Below are positions 32,117 through 43,005 of a DNA stretch of 64,000 nucleotides, piece by piece. Made by a program: the position numbers and the translations under genes. The notes below the pieces were generated by a model. The model searched no databases. It saw nothing but the letters and a program-made list of their open reading frames with translations, and was not told the origin of the DNA. Every line of letters starts with the position of its first letter. Position 1 is the stretch's first letter. The stretch is taken from assembly GCA_000004985.1 (NCBI GenBank), contig GG738881.1. One strand, given 5' to 3'. The stretch comes from Naegleria gruberi. Taxonomy: Eukaryota.

Positions 32117-33094
32117 TTAGAATTTATCATCAACAAGTGGAGTAATATTCTTGTAAGGTTGATTCTTGAAAAATTCGAGAATGAAATCGTCTGTATATCT
32201 CAAACTGAAATGGGTCAAAATGAATCTAGTTTGTGGATGTTTCTCAATGTAAGGTTTGATGTGATTCCAGTGCATGTGATAAGCTCCCAAAGCTGTTTCT
32301 TCTTGTCCATTTTCTAAGAAGGTACATTCCACAACAATGACTGGAAATTCCAATAAGAATGGATTCATTTCAAAGACACGATAAGTAGTATCTCCCATAA
32401 TTGCAATTCTTGGTTCTAGAATGATATCAGAAATTTCATCACCTTTTTCTTTTCTCAATTTGGCAATTTCAGCTCCCTTGAGCTCTGAATATTCTTTTTT
32501 CAGTTTTTTCTTTCTTTCGTAAATGGCATACCCATTACAAGGCACACTATGATCACACTTTACAACTTTGGCCACATAATTATCCTTTCCACCAATTTTC
32601 TCAATCAAATCTCCAGGTTCCACACCAATGATATCAATTGGTTTTCTTTCCTGAACACTTTCTCTTGGCAATGTCTTTCCAGCATTCAATTCCTGACAAC
32701 TATGCAAAAAGTTCTCTACAAATTCCACCTTTCCCTTTGGTACATAAACTCTATTAGGATTTGATCTATTTACAAAAGCAGGTTGACAAGCAGCCAAATA
32801 AAACGTATGATCCGCATGTGTATGAGTAATCAGAAAAGTATTAGGATTTTGACTCATATACTTTTTATCAATAAATCCCATATCGATATTACATGAGAGT
32901 TGGGGAATTTGAAAGTAGGTAGCCTCCGCACTCTTTGAATGCCCAACGAAAGATAGGGCTGGATAGGAAGATGATTTTTTATGTTCCGATGATGATGATG
33001 ATGATTGTGGTGGTGGAGATGATGATGATGATTGATCGGAAGCATCTTCTGATGAACCTGTTGGTAATTCATAAATATTCGGAATGACTTTCAT
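32117..33094 (-). CDS. Metallo-beta-lactamase-fold ribonuclease, short-form tRNase Z (ELAC1-like), about 325 aa
   Basis: HxHxDH motif ITHTHADH, the C-terminal tRNase Z motif THFSLRY, and interior His/Asp ligands. ATG at 33094. Confidence 0.6.
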   Translation of the reverse strand: MKVIPNIYELPTGSSEDASDQSSSSSPPPQSSSSSSEHKKSSSYPALSFVGHSKSAEATYFQIPQLSCNIDMGFIDKKYMSQNPNTFLITHTHADHTFYLAACQPAFVNRSNPNRVYVPKGKVEFVENFLHSCQELNAGKTLPRESVQERKPIDIIGVEPGDLIEKIGGKDNYVAKVVKCDHSVPCNGYAIYERKKKLKKEYSELKGAEIAKLRKEKGDEISDIILEPRIAIMGDTTYRVFEMNPFLLEFPVIVVECTFLENGQEETALGAYHMHWNHIKPYIEKHPQTRFILTHFSLRYTDDFILEFFKNQPYKNITPLVDDKF

Positions 33095-33400
33095 GATGAA
33101 AAGTACTTTGTTTGATTTTTTTTGATTTTGAAAAATTAATTTAATATTTTTGAAATTGAAGAAAAGCAATTTTGAAATTGAGGTTGAAATTGAGGTTAAA
33201 GTTCAGATTTGAAAATTATAAATTAAATTTGTTTCATGTGAGTAAGATGATGAAATTTAAGGTTCATGAAATTAAAATACCAATATGGAAGGTTGACAGG
33301 ATGCATTGTAATAGTTTCGAATACAAATTGAAACGAAAAAGAAACCTTTCCAGCTCATTAGCTTCATATTTGGCAACAAACAAAATATCACTCCAAAAAA

Positions 33401-34093
33401 ATGTTTAAACATTCCCTCCTTGCAATCCTTGCATTACTTTGCTTTACACATGTCTTTTCAACTGTGGCCACCTTCAATTTTCTATTCGAAAGACATGAAT
33501 CCATGAAGAGATCAACACTTCAAACAACAACCACTACTACATGCTGCCAACCAAATGTCTTCTCCCTAAAAGGCATCTTAAATCAAGTTGCCATTGGTAA
33601 AAACGCAACTTTACAACCACTCACCGGAACCATTCAATTATTCGCAGATTACAATCTTGGAAGAATTAGACAAGATGCAACATTCTCTGCCAATGGAATG
33701 AACTCGTCCATTTCTAGTTATGCATTCAAACTTTCTGAAAATCTTGCTGTCAAGTATGATATTCGTGGCGAGGGCAATTGTGCATGTCATCAGATTTCGT
33801 CCACTCATGATTTTCAGCCAATGTGTGTCCTTTCGTCCAATCAAATAAGAAAGGCAAAAATTGGAAAATATAATGCAAAGAATGTTATCTATAATGTAAT
33901 GGGAATGAATGCTAATATTTGGGTTTTTTATGAGAATCCAGACGAAAGTGAAAAGTGTTGGATTTTGAGTTCGTATTTCCCAGATTCGTTTTCTCTTCAG
34001 GAAATTGTGTATTATGATCAAGTTGAGAAGGTTGACCAAAATGTTTTTAAGGTTCCTAGTTATTGTCCAAAGATTGAACAATGTTCTGATTGA
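33401..34093 (+). CDS. Secreted ependymin-related protein (EPDR family), 230 aa
   Basis: Signal peptide MFKHSLLAILALLCFTHVFS. Conserved Cys pattern and motifs versus ependymin: CCQP...G, QDAT, NCAC, and C-terminal VPSYCP (ependymin VPPAYC). Confidence 0.55.
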   Translation: MFKHSLLAILALLCFTHVFSTVATFNFLFERHESMKRSTLQTTTTTTCCQPNVFSLKGILNQVAIGKNATLQPLTGTIQLFADYNLGRIRQDATFSANGMNSSISSYAFKLSENLAVKYDIRGEGNCACHQISSTHDFQPMCVLSSNQIRKAKIGKYNAKNVIYNVMGMNANIWVFYENPDESEKCWILSSYFPDSFSLQEIVYYDQVEKVDQNVFKVPSYCPKIEQCSD

Positions 34094-34125
34094 GAATATT
34101 TCAGTTTCGAATAAAAATTTATTGC

Positions 34126-34603
34126 TCAATTGAAATTATCCCAAAATTCCATTGTTGATTTTTCCTTAAATACAAAAGGAATTTCCAAAAATCCTCTAAT
34201 CATTTTCAATAAATCAATTCCAACCAAAAGTCCGATCATTCCCGCTAATTCCCCAAGTAATCCCTCAATTGAGTTTGTGTAAACTTCCTCAATTTGAGTT
34301 GTACTGAGAGAGTTGTAAGTTACTGAAATAGTTAGTGAAGTTTCGTCTGCATTATACGTTCTGAGAACTGTCTTTTCAGAATTCCATTTTGTAGAATTGA
34401 GATTTGGATTATCAATTGTTGGTTTTAATCGAGTGGTGATGACTTTGGTCAACATGAAAAAGTTATCTAATGAGGGAAGGGCATAATTAGTTTCGGATAA
34501 TAAATCAGGAGTGGTTCCTTGCTCATGGAATGAAACAATGAATCCCATTTTGACTTTTTTAGAACTGATTTCAGTTGGAGTTGGAGCATTCAATCCGAAA
34601 AAA
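34126..34603 (-). CDS. DEG/ENaC-like paralog 1, exon 3: extracellular domain and TM2
   Basis: Acceptor GAAACAG|T (69-nt intron 34604-34672); an alternative acceptor would make an 18-nt intron. Pre-TM2/TM2 GLLGELAGMIGLLVGIDLLKMIRGFLEIP. Stop at 34126-34128. Confidence 0.5.
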
Positions 34604-34672
34604 CTGTTTCGAATAATAGACAAGAAATCAAAAGAAATTGACATGAAATTCAAACTATTGTATATTACTTAC

Positions 34673-34903
34673 AATGTTCTAATTCCATTATATCCAATCA
34701 ATGACGATTTCATTAAATTAGCACTCGAACTATCCGAAATATTATTAAAAACATAACAATGATACTTGTTTCCTCCCTGTTCAATTTCCTTATAATAAAC
34801 CTGGTCAGAATTGTAATTATTCGAAGATTGAAAATCAACAGCTCCATCAAATCGAAGGGCACAAGCATTACAATCAGAAGGACCTGCATTCCAATTACAA
34901 ACT
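34673..34903 (-). CDS. DEG/ENaC-like paralog 1, exon 2: Cys-rich extracellular region
   Basis: Acceptor CGAATAG|AG reconstitutes PAVTVCNWN, the post-TM1 signature of ENaC/ASIC channels (FPAVTICxLN). Intron 34904-34954 (51 nt). Donor ACATT|GTAAGT. Confidence 0.6.
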
Positions 34904-34954
34904 CTATTCGAATCAGTTTCCAATAATTGTAAGAAAACAAATGAGCCAACTTAC

Positions 34955-35280
34955 GTAACTGCTGGCAGGGTAAGGGAAGTTGCTGGAATCCAACTCATGG
35001 TTGTGGTTGGCTTGGACATGGCCTCAACATAACTCATCGATTGTCTAATGGTGTAATAGACCATGAAACTCAACATGATGAACCAGCCAATCATGGTCAG
35101 GATGTGATACCATTTGAAGGGGAATTTCCAGCCACATAGCTCAACATGTTGGATTGGCTCATCTGGGTTGTCTTTGATTGGACTGACATCTTGTTTGTTG
35201 ATGGTGGCTCGTTCCTTATTTTCGGTTGATGTTGGGTTGGTTTCTTGCATTTCAATGGGAGTCACCGAATTGGTGGCCAT
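34955..35280 (-). CDS. DEG/ENaC-like channel paralog 1, exon 1: N-terminus and TM1
   Basis: ATG at 35280. WKFPFKWYHILTMIGWFIMLSFMVYYTIRQ (TM1), then LPAVT. Donor GTTAC|GTAAGT, phase 2. Confidence 0.6.
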
Positions 35281-35449
35281 TTTTTTATGATCTTTAGTAT
35301 AACAGTTTGGCGGTAATTTACTACAATTTTTGATTCTTTCTTACTTGAGCTAGTACATCATTCGGGATGGCTTTTTATTAACGAAAGTCTTCAAACTGAT
35401 ACAGTTACTTCAAAACACAAAATATCAAGGCATATGTAAATTCAAAGAA

Positions 35450-36662
35450 TTAATTGAAATTATCCCACAACTCCATAGTTGACTTTTCTCTAAATATCAA
35501 AGGTATCTCAAGCAAACCTCTTATAGTCTTTAAAATATCTATTCCCATAAGCAATCCCAGCATGCCTATTTGAAAAAAGTGAGATGCTCATAATACAATG
35601 TTTGAGAAGTAACATACCTGCAAGTTCTCCCAATAATCCTTCAATTGAAACTGTCAATACTTCTTCAATATGATTAACATTTAGGGTGCCATAAGTAACA
35701 GCGACTGTTAGGGATGTATTACTACTAACTGTTGACATTAGAACAGTGTTTTTGGAAGCCCATTCAGTAGTTTCCAGATTTTGATGTTCAACTGAAGGAT
35801 TTAACCTTTTAGTAACTTGTTTTGTTAGGATATAAAAGTTATCCAATCCAGGTTGGGCATAGTTGGTTTCAGAAAGAATGTTTGGAGTTGTTCCAGGCTC
35901 ATGGAATGATACTGTAAAACCCATTCTTTTGATATTGGCCTTGATTTCCTTTTCGTTTGGTTCTCTCAGGGAAAAATCGCTAACATATGAGCTTCTACTA
36001 ACAGAATAATCGTCAATTACTTACAACCTTCGCATTCCAGAATAACCAGTAAGCCATGATTTGAATACTTTGGTGCTATCTGTGATATTATTAAACACAT
36101 AGCAGTGATAATTTCTTCCACCTTGAACTATTTCTTTGTAATAATATTGATCATCAGTATACGGGGTGATCGATTCTTGACCGTCTTCCCTAGTCATGGT
36201 AAATTGAATTTTACTATCTTTATGACCTACCTTTGAAAATCCAAACACCCACTATAATAGATCCAACATGCATCACAATCAGAGGGACCTGCATTCCAAT
36301 TGCATACTCTAATTTTGAATTCCTATATTCAATTTCAATTGGAATTTAACTTACGTGATGGCTGGTAAGGCTAGTTTTAAAGTTGATTCCCAAGACATCG
36401 AAGTGGTTGGCTTTCCCAATGCCTCACTATAACTCATCGCCTGCCTAATAATATAATAAATCATAAATCCAATCATGATAACCCATCCAATCATGGTCAG
36501 TAGATGAAACCACTTGAACGGAAACTTCCATCCTCCAATTTTTACACTATTTCTTCTTTCCTCTTCGTCTTCGGCTGTTGTTGTTGGCTTCATAGAAGCT
36601 GCAGCAGAACCTCCTGCTTCCTTCTCTTGCATTTCAATTGGGCTAACGGAGGTTTTACTCAT
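35450..36662 (-). CDS. DEG/ENaC-like channel paralog 2, multi-exon (at least 4-5 exons); gene span given
   Basis: ATG at 36662. Exon 1 runs 36355-36662 (TM1 WKFPFKWFHLLTMIGWVIMIGFMIYYIIRQ, donor GTAAGT). Further exons fall around 36021-36300, with a candidate 41-nt intron GTAGGT..CTAG or a frameshift. Exon 35609-35924. Last exon 35450-35556 follows a 52-nt intron at 35557-35608 that splits GELAG|M in TM2. Paralog 1 lacks that intron. Confidence 0.5.
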
Positions 36663-36843
36663 TTTCACTTTTTTTTTAAGATTGAAGTGAACCTTAATAA
36701 CAGATCTTAAGCGTTATTTTTTTTGGCGCCAAAATACAAGTTCATCCAATTACGAAAAAAATATAACAACAAACTAACAAAACCATCATTTGATTTTGTG
36801 AGGAGAGAACTAAGTAGCAGATCGGAAGATAGTTGTTTGAAAA

Positions 36844-37803
36844 ATGATGGCAGCACCTGAAAAACAATTTAATTGGAGAATTATAAAACATGTACTAGTA
36901 CTCTTGTTTTGGTTCATCAATACTGGTGTTTTTGCATATTATATTTATTCACAGGCAGTTTCATTTATCAAGACTGAACAATCTCCTGTGACTTCAACTT
37001 CCTATTCATATGAAGATCCATTGAACTATCCGACTATAACAATTTGTGATTGGAGTAGAGAATCATCATTTGCGGCTACTTGTCCTGTTTGTACATTTGA
37101 ATACATTTCGTGTTATTGGTATAATTATGCAGATGACACAAATAATCCAGTGGCTTGCCCTCTAACATTTACCTTTTTTAAGGATGGTCAATCTTGCTTT
37201 GAGGCAAATGCAGATATAAGCAAATTGCTGACTGCCAAGAAAAAAGGATATCTAGGATCAATCAACATGTTATTTAGAATTCCTATCAATTATACTGATC
37301 CACTTCTTAGTGCTTACAGACTTGGAGCTTCTATCACTTTTAGAGAGCCAGGAACTCTACTGGGAAGCATATTTGCTGAAACTAATTATGCCATTCCAGG
37401 TCGATATAATTTATTTTCAATCAAAAAGGTGGTCTACGAGAAATTGCCTAAACCTCAGACCACCTCTATTGATGAGATTCCTTTACCAACAACAGATTCT
37501 TCAACAAAAACAATTTCATACGAGGCAACCTATTCAGCCCTCAAACGAGTGAAAACTGCAGACATGACAGACAATGATTATCTGGAGCAAATTGAGGTGG
37601 CATTCACATATGAAGAGTTAAAGACAACAACAATTACAGAAATTCAACAAAAAGATGGTTGGAGTTTGTTTGGAGAAGTTGCTGGAATGGCTGGGTTATT
37701 GCTTGGATTGGATATTTTGAAATCGTTTAGACTTTTCCTAATGTTTCCTCGTCTTTTCTTCAGACAAACCTCACTTGGAAAAATTTGGGAAGCTATGAAT
37801 TAA
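36844..37803 (+). CDS. DEG/ENaC-like channel paralog 3, intronless, 319 aa
   Basis: TM1 VLVLLFWFINTGVFAYYIY; post-TM1 YPTITICDW (ENaC FPAVTIC); Cys-rich ectodomain; TM2 FGEVAGMAGLLLGLDILKSF. Divergently oriented to paralog 2. Confidence 0.65.
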   Translation: MMAAPEKQFNWRIIKHVLVLLFWFINTGVFAYYIYSQAVSFIKTEQSPVTSTSYSYEDPLNYPTITICDWSRESSFAATCPVCTFEYISCYWYNYADDTNNPVACPLTFTFFKDGQSCFEANADISKLLTAKKKGYLGSINMLFRIPINYTDPLLSAYRLGASITFREPGTLLGSIFAETNYAIPGRYNLFSIKKVVYEKLPKPQTTSIDEIPLPTTDSSTKTISYEATYSALKRVKTADMTDNDYLEQIEVAFTYEELKTTTITEIQQKDGWSLFGEVAGMAGLLLGLDILKSFRLFLMFPRLFFRQTSLGKIWEAMN

Positions 37804-37905
37804 CAACAGACTAGGACAAATAATAATCGATTATGATATTTTTGTAAATATAAAGATTTTAAACATTGCAACCTAAAAATATTATCGTAATCATCCTGAA
37901 AAAAA

Positions 37906-39327
37906 ATGCCAACTGTCAAACTTGGAGTGACACTGTGCCTACTTGTTCTTCTTCAACTACTATTCATCACAACAACAAAGGCAGACATACCAGTACACTG
38001 CGTTCATGATGACATTGCCAACAATGAGTGGAAATTATTCATCACACCATCCATCTACTCCGTTCCAAATAGAAATTCTAAAATTGCCTTCAGAAAACAA
38101 TTTGTTCCATTAAATTGTACAAGATTTGACAAGGAAGATTTGACAATTTCTAGGGTATTACGTGTCTATCTTGAATATCCAAATATTGTCCGTGATAGTT
38201 TGGATAATTCTAGAATTGGAACTTGGACTATGGTTTATGATCAGGGATTTGAAATTACTTTAAAGGATGATTTTAGTGAGATTAGTTTATTTGCATTCAG
38301 TTCATTTGAAAGAATGAAGAATGATACTCAACTTATCAAGTCAAAGTGTCATGAAACTTTTGTAGGAAATTATCGTAAAACTTCGAGAGATGGAAAGAAT
38401 TCACTTGGATGTTATTATGCTGAAAAGACTAAACCATCTGCAAATGATGTTAAAATTTCATTACCTGTCAATACTCTATTGTACAAGTATTTTGATCCAA
38501 AGAATAATGGAAAAGGATTAAACGTTAATAAGAAGGATTCAGATGATGATTTTGAAAGTGAATCTGATTTGGATTTGAGAATTTTGAGAACTATCAAACC
38601 ATCAAATACCAAATTCAAGAACGACAAGACCTTAATTGATTGGATTAATACTCAATCTGATGATTTGGGTTGGTCTGCTCAAGCTTATCCACAATTTGAA
38701 GAAATGACAGAAGCTGATCTTATCAATCTCTCAGGTGGATGGAAATCACTCTTCTTGGGCCATTGGAACAAATGGAGACCAATTGGTTTGGATGATGCAG
38801 AATCATTTGAGAGCACTTCTGATAACTTTGCCATTGCCAATCAAGAATTATTGAACCAAGTTGAAAAATTACCAAAGAACTTTGACTGGAGTAATGTTGA
38901 TGGAGAAAATTACGTTCCAGATGTAAAAAATCAGATGGCGTGCGGATCTTGCTACGCTTTTGCTGCAGTCACAGCTATTGAATCTCGTATTAGAATTCAA
39001 AGCAGAAATAATGTCAGAGAACCACTTGCAGTTCAAGATATTGTCTCCTGTAGTCCATACGCTCAAAAGTGTCATGGTGGTATTCCATATGCTGTAGGTC
39101 GTCATTTACGTGATTTTAATCTCGTTCCAGAATCATGCTTCCCTTACAAGGGTTCAGAAAATGTTGCCTGTTCATCCAAGTGTAAGAATCCAGAATATAT
39201 TGTCAAGGTCACAAAGTATAGATATGTCTCTGATTATTATGGAGGTTCAAATTATGCCAACATGATGAAGGAAATTTATGAACATGGTCCAATTTCTGCC
39301 AGTTATTTGATTTATCCAGACTTTAAG
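37906..39327 (+). CDS. Cathepsin C (dipeptidyl peptidase I), exon 1: signal peptide, exclusion domain, propeptide, catalytic Cys
   Basis: Signal peptide. Exclusion-domain start DIPVHCVHDD (human DTPANCTYLD). Catalytic QMACGSCYAFAAVTAIESRIRIQ (cathepsin C: [22 protein letters not shown]). Donor AAG|GTAGGT. Confidence 0.8.
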
Positions 39328-39375
39328 GTAGGTTATTTGAATATTATTTAAAGGTTTCATTAATTTTTTATCTAG

Positions 39376-39543
39376 TACTACTCGAAAGGTATTTACAAGC
39401 ATTCTGGTAAGGGTTATCCAATGAAAACAGATAGAATCAATCGTGAAATGAATGGATGGGAACCAACTACTCACTCAGTTGTTATTACTGGTTGGGGAGA
39501 AGATCCAAAAACTGGTGAAAAGTATTGGAATGTTTTGAACTCT
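39376..39543 (+). CDS. Cathepsin C, exon 2
   Basis: Acceptor TTATCTAG|T gives YYSKGIYKHSG...HSVVITGWG (the His-containing segment). Donor TCT|GTAAGT. Confidence 0.75.
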
Positions 39544-39601
39544 GTAAGTAGTTGATTCAATAATTTTCATTCTCATTCAATTAATTCTAAAAAACCAAAA
39601 G

Positions 39602-39721
39602 TGGTCTGAAAGCTGGGGTGAGAATGGTAGATTCCGTATCAAACGTGGAAATGATGAATGTGCTATTGAAGCTGAAGGAGTTGCCTTCTATCCAGAAGTA
39701 ATCTTTATGAATAAATATTAA
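39602..39721 (+). CDS. Cathepsin C, exon 3
   Basis: Acceptor CCAAAAG|T gives [23 protein letters not shown] (the Asn-containing segment). Stop at 39719-39721. Confidence 0.75.
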   Translation, partial: WSESWGENGRFRIKRGNDECAIEAEGVAFYPEVIFMNKY

Positions 39722-39736
39722 CAACTCTGGAGAGAT

Positions 39737-40036
39737 TTACTTCTTTTGAGATTTGGCTTGTTGATCTACCAGTTGTCTGCTTCGTAAATCAGCTTGTCTG
39801 ATTGGTTCTGGAATTTTATGGATACAAGTCATGGTCACAACTTTGATGGCAGTATCGAGACATACTTTGTGGCCAATACTAACGTACAATGGTCTGATGG
39901 ATTTATCAGTTGGTTGCAGAACTACTCCTAATACTTGACCACTAGTTTCTCCAATTAGATCTGCATAATCTCCCTTTTTCTTTAATTTTTCTGCCACTAG
40001 CTCTTTAACTCCTTCTCTTGTTAATCCATCAACGTA
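39737..40036 (-). CDS. Endonuclease V, exon 3
   Basis: Acceptor ACATAG|TAC gives YVDGLTREGVKELV...YVSIGHKVCLDTA. Stop at 39737-39739. Intron 40037-40086. Confidence 0.7.
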   Translation of the reverse strand, partial: YVDGLTREGVKELVAEKLKKKGDYADLIGETSGQVLGVVLQPTDKSIRPLYVSIGHKVCLDTAIKVVTMTCIHKIPEPIRQADLRSRQLVDQQAKSQKK

Positions 40037-40086
40037 CTATGTTATCATTGATTAATACTATTAATGTAATTTTACAAAATACATAC

Positions 40087-40273
40087 TAGTAATTTTTTGG
40101 CAACTCCAATTGTTGGAATATTCGCTTCAACACCCAAATGAGCTGCTAATCCAAATCCTCTCTGATGCAAAATTCCATTTCCATCCACTAGAATGATTTG
40201 TGGTTTAGGTTGTGTTGAATTTAACATTTCCTCAATCATGATTTTCAAATGTGGAACTTCTCTAAATGCAAGA
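40087..40273 (-). CDS. Endonuclease V, exon 2
   Basis: Acceptor AAATTAG|T gives PG-F-LAFREVPHL and ILVDGNGILHQRGFGLAAHLGVEANIPTIGVAKKLL (EndoV Mg-binding and PYIPG/HPRG motifs). Donor CTA|GTATGT. Intron 40274-40315. Confidence 0.7.
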
Positions 40274-40315
40274 CTAATTTCCATGTAAATAATTTCAATA
40301 CAACAGTAAACCTAC

Positions 40316-40731
40316 AATCCTGGAATGTATGGATGAGCCATTCTCACCTTTTCATACTTTTCATATACAACTTTCAAATCAGGAAATGACAAGACAATCA
40401 AACTTGCAATAGCATCCCTCGGATCAGTCTTATCAAAACTTATATCCACTCCTCCAACAAACTTTAATGTAGAATCCAAATCATTCGGATCAAAATCAAT
40501 CTCATCACGAATACTCAATTTTTCCTTCAATTCATCCTGTTGAATAATCCACTCTGATTTAATTCTCTCCAATTCTTCCTCAGAAATTCCTGAATTAATA
40601 TTCATTGCCATTTCATCGACTATTACTGGTTCACCACTATCTAATGATGTTGTTGCTACTGATGCGGAGGAATCAACAGCATAGGAAGAAGAATCCTGAT
40701 GCGTAGTATCTGTAGAGTTGCTTTGCGACAT
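40316..40731 (-). CDS. Endonuclease V (deoxyinosine 3' endonuclease), exon 1
   Basis: ATG at 40731. GGVDISF (catalytic Asp region) ...HPYIPG. Donor GGATT|GTAGGT, phase 2. Confidence 0.7.
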
Positions 40732-40974
40732 TTTTTTTGTATTGTGTTTTTTGTAAACAATTTAGAAATTGCACTCTGATGAAGATATTGAAGAAAATGG
40801 AAAGAGTTTTTAATTAGAAATGAAGAGTAGATATTGGGTGAGAGGCGATTGAGTGTTTTCCAATCAAATTTTGCAATTTGATTCAGTAAAATACCCTCAA
40901 TGAAAGAATTCTTTGATCTGAACAAAAGTTCAATTCAGAATTGAGTAGCATTACAAACAAATTACACAAAAAAA

Positions 40975-41550
40975 ATGTCTCAAATTGAGGAGATGATTAC
41001 ACCTGAAATTCTCACTCATCACATTTTCACCTTCCTTGATGGTGTCGATTTATTCGTCGGATGCGTCCTTGTATGTCGGAAGTGGTACGAGTTGGTTTGG
41101 GTTTCTCCCAAAAAACTAGTGAAAATTCATAATTGTAATGCCAAGTTGAGTCTGCTGATGGGATTGGGAAGATTTAATAACGTGAAAGGCTTTGTGTTGT
41201 ATAATTTTGATCATTCTACGTTGGGATCATTGTTATCTTCCAAGCAAATTTGTAAATCTGTAGAAAAATTAATTATTGATGGGCAAGATGAGAATTCAAT
41301 TGGAAAGGAAGGAGCAATGCTGATTACAAGACGTAAACTTCCCAATTTGAAATATTTATCCCTTAAGGAATTGTGTAAATCTGCAATTTCAATCATATTG
41401 AGAGCGGATAATTTGAGGAGCATTGAGGAATTGTGGATTTCAAATAGTGAGGATGTGAGTGAAGACCAAGTTAAGCAAAAGATTGTGTTTGCTAATTTTC
41501 CAAATTTGCAAATCTTGAATGGAATTAATTTATATGAAACAGTTCGCTGA
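40975..41550 (+). CDS. F-box protein with a short LRR-like C-terminus, 191 aa
   Basis: F-box-like EILTHHIFTFLDGVDLFVGCVLVCRKWYELV. Confidence 0.55.
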   Translation: MSQIEEMITPEILTHHIFTFLDGVDLFVGCVLVCRKWYELVWVSPKKLVKIHNCNAKLSLLMGLGRFNNVKGFVLYNFDHSTLGSLLSSKQICKSVEKLIIDGQDENSIGKEGAMLITRRKLPNLKYLSLKELCKSAISIILRADNLRSIEELWISNSEDVSEDQVKQKIVFANFPNLQILNGINLYETVR

Positions 41551-41879
41551 GCTGAGGATTTTGAATTTTTATTGCTTTCAAGAATTAAATTTGTTTACAG
41601 GACTCATTATCATTTTCCAATAGCTCTGATCTTACTTCCTCTTATGTCTGCAATTTCTCTACCCAACTTTTAAACATCTTCACAAATGGACGATATTCTT
41701 CTTTAATGTGCCACAGCTCAATAGAACTATTAATTTGCTTTTTGTAATTGTTTACATAAATGGAAATCATGCGTTGCGCCCCGCCATATCAAAATGGTTC
41801 AATGCACGATATCAATTTAAATGAAAAACAGTTAAAATTTTAATTTCCAACAACAATTTTAAAAAAAATTAACAACAAC

Positions 41880-42947
41880 ATGACATCGGAATCATCATCT
41901 CTATCGACAACAATTCTTGAACAAGTTGATATGCTTAAGGATTGGATTGACCACCATTTAAAACTAATCATTTCGGAAGAGAATAAGGAGGAATTTTTAT
42001 CACTTGTTAGGGAGAAGAAGTGGTTATTGATTGCAACTCCTCCTCTTTTAATGTTCCTCTCATCAATGATCAAATTATATGGAAATTATAGAAAGGTAAA
42101 GCAAATTCCGGGGGGCTTGGCCTTATTCTTTTCACCATTCAAAATTCCATTCCTTGCACCAGTGTTTTATATGGGAAATTGGAATGGAATGATTGAATAT
42201 GCCAATGAAAAGGGTGATGGTGAAGGAAATGTTAGAGTTTCATTTGTTGGATTTAATTATTTCCTTGTCACTAGAGAAAGAGCTCTCATGAAGGAAATAT
42301 TGTTGAATAAGCAAGCCTTTTTGGATAAGCCAAGTATTGTTTATGATATGTTTAATGTTTTTGGAGAGAATATTGTGAGTGCATTGACCATTGATTCATG
42401 GAAAAGACATCATAGAGTATGTAATGCTGCATTCTCAGTGGAGAATTTAAAGTACATGTGTGGACAAGCTTCTAAAGTTACAGATTTGTTGACTGACTTG
42501 TGGGAAGAAAGATTGAAGAATGGAAATGGCGAGTTTATGTTTGATTGTGATGATTTCTCAATGGTTACATTGGAAGTTCTAGGTTTGGCTGGATTTAATA
42601 TGTCATTTGGAGTTTTTGATAAGAATGATGAAAGTGGAGGTAAATTTAAGGATGCTGTGGAGAAGATTTTCACTGTTGGAATGTTGATGAGGAGATTTTT
42701 AGGTGGCACTCCAATACTTTATCCTCTAGCTCAAAGAATATTTGGAGTTTCTCATGCTTTGGAAATTATCAATAAGAAATTGGATGCTGCCATTGAGGAC
42801 AGAAGAAAGGAAATGGAAGAAAATATTGACACTTTTTCAAAGAGTGATATCTTGAGCTTGTTGGTAAAGGCAAACTCTAAGGAAAACCTCCTAACAGATC
42901 AAGAATTGAAGAGCAATACATTAATATTCGTGTTGGCCGGTGAAGAG
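41880..42947 (+). CDS. Cytochrome P450, exon 1
   Basis: N-terminal membrane anchor; helix I motif VLAGEE at the exon end. Donor GAG|GTACGT. Confidence 0.75.
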
Positions 42948-43005
42948 GTACGTTGGACAATTTACAAATTTGTGTGCTTACTCTTTTATTTGAAATTATC
43001 TTTAG

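Noticed and set aside
34655-34672. Possible 18-nt intron (GTAAGTAATATACAATAG) in ENaC-like paralog 1
   Set aside because: It maintains the frame. Every other intron here is at least 41 nt, and a second in-frame acceptor (GAAACAG|T) gives a conventional 69-nt intron, so the 18-nt version is treated as an unlikely alternative. RNA-seq would decide.
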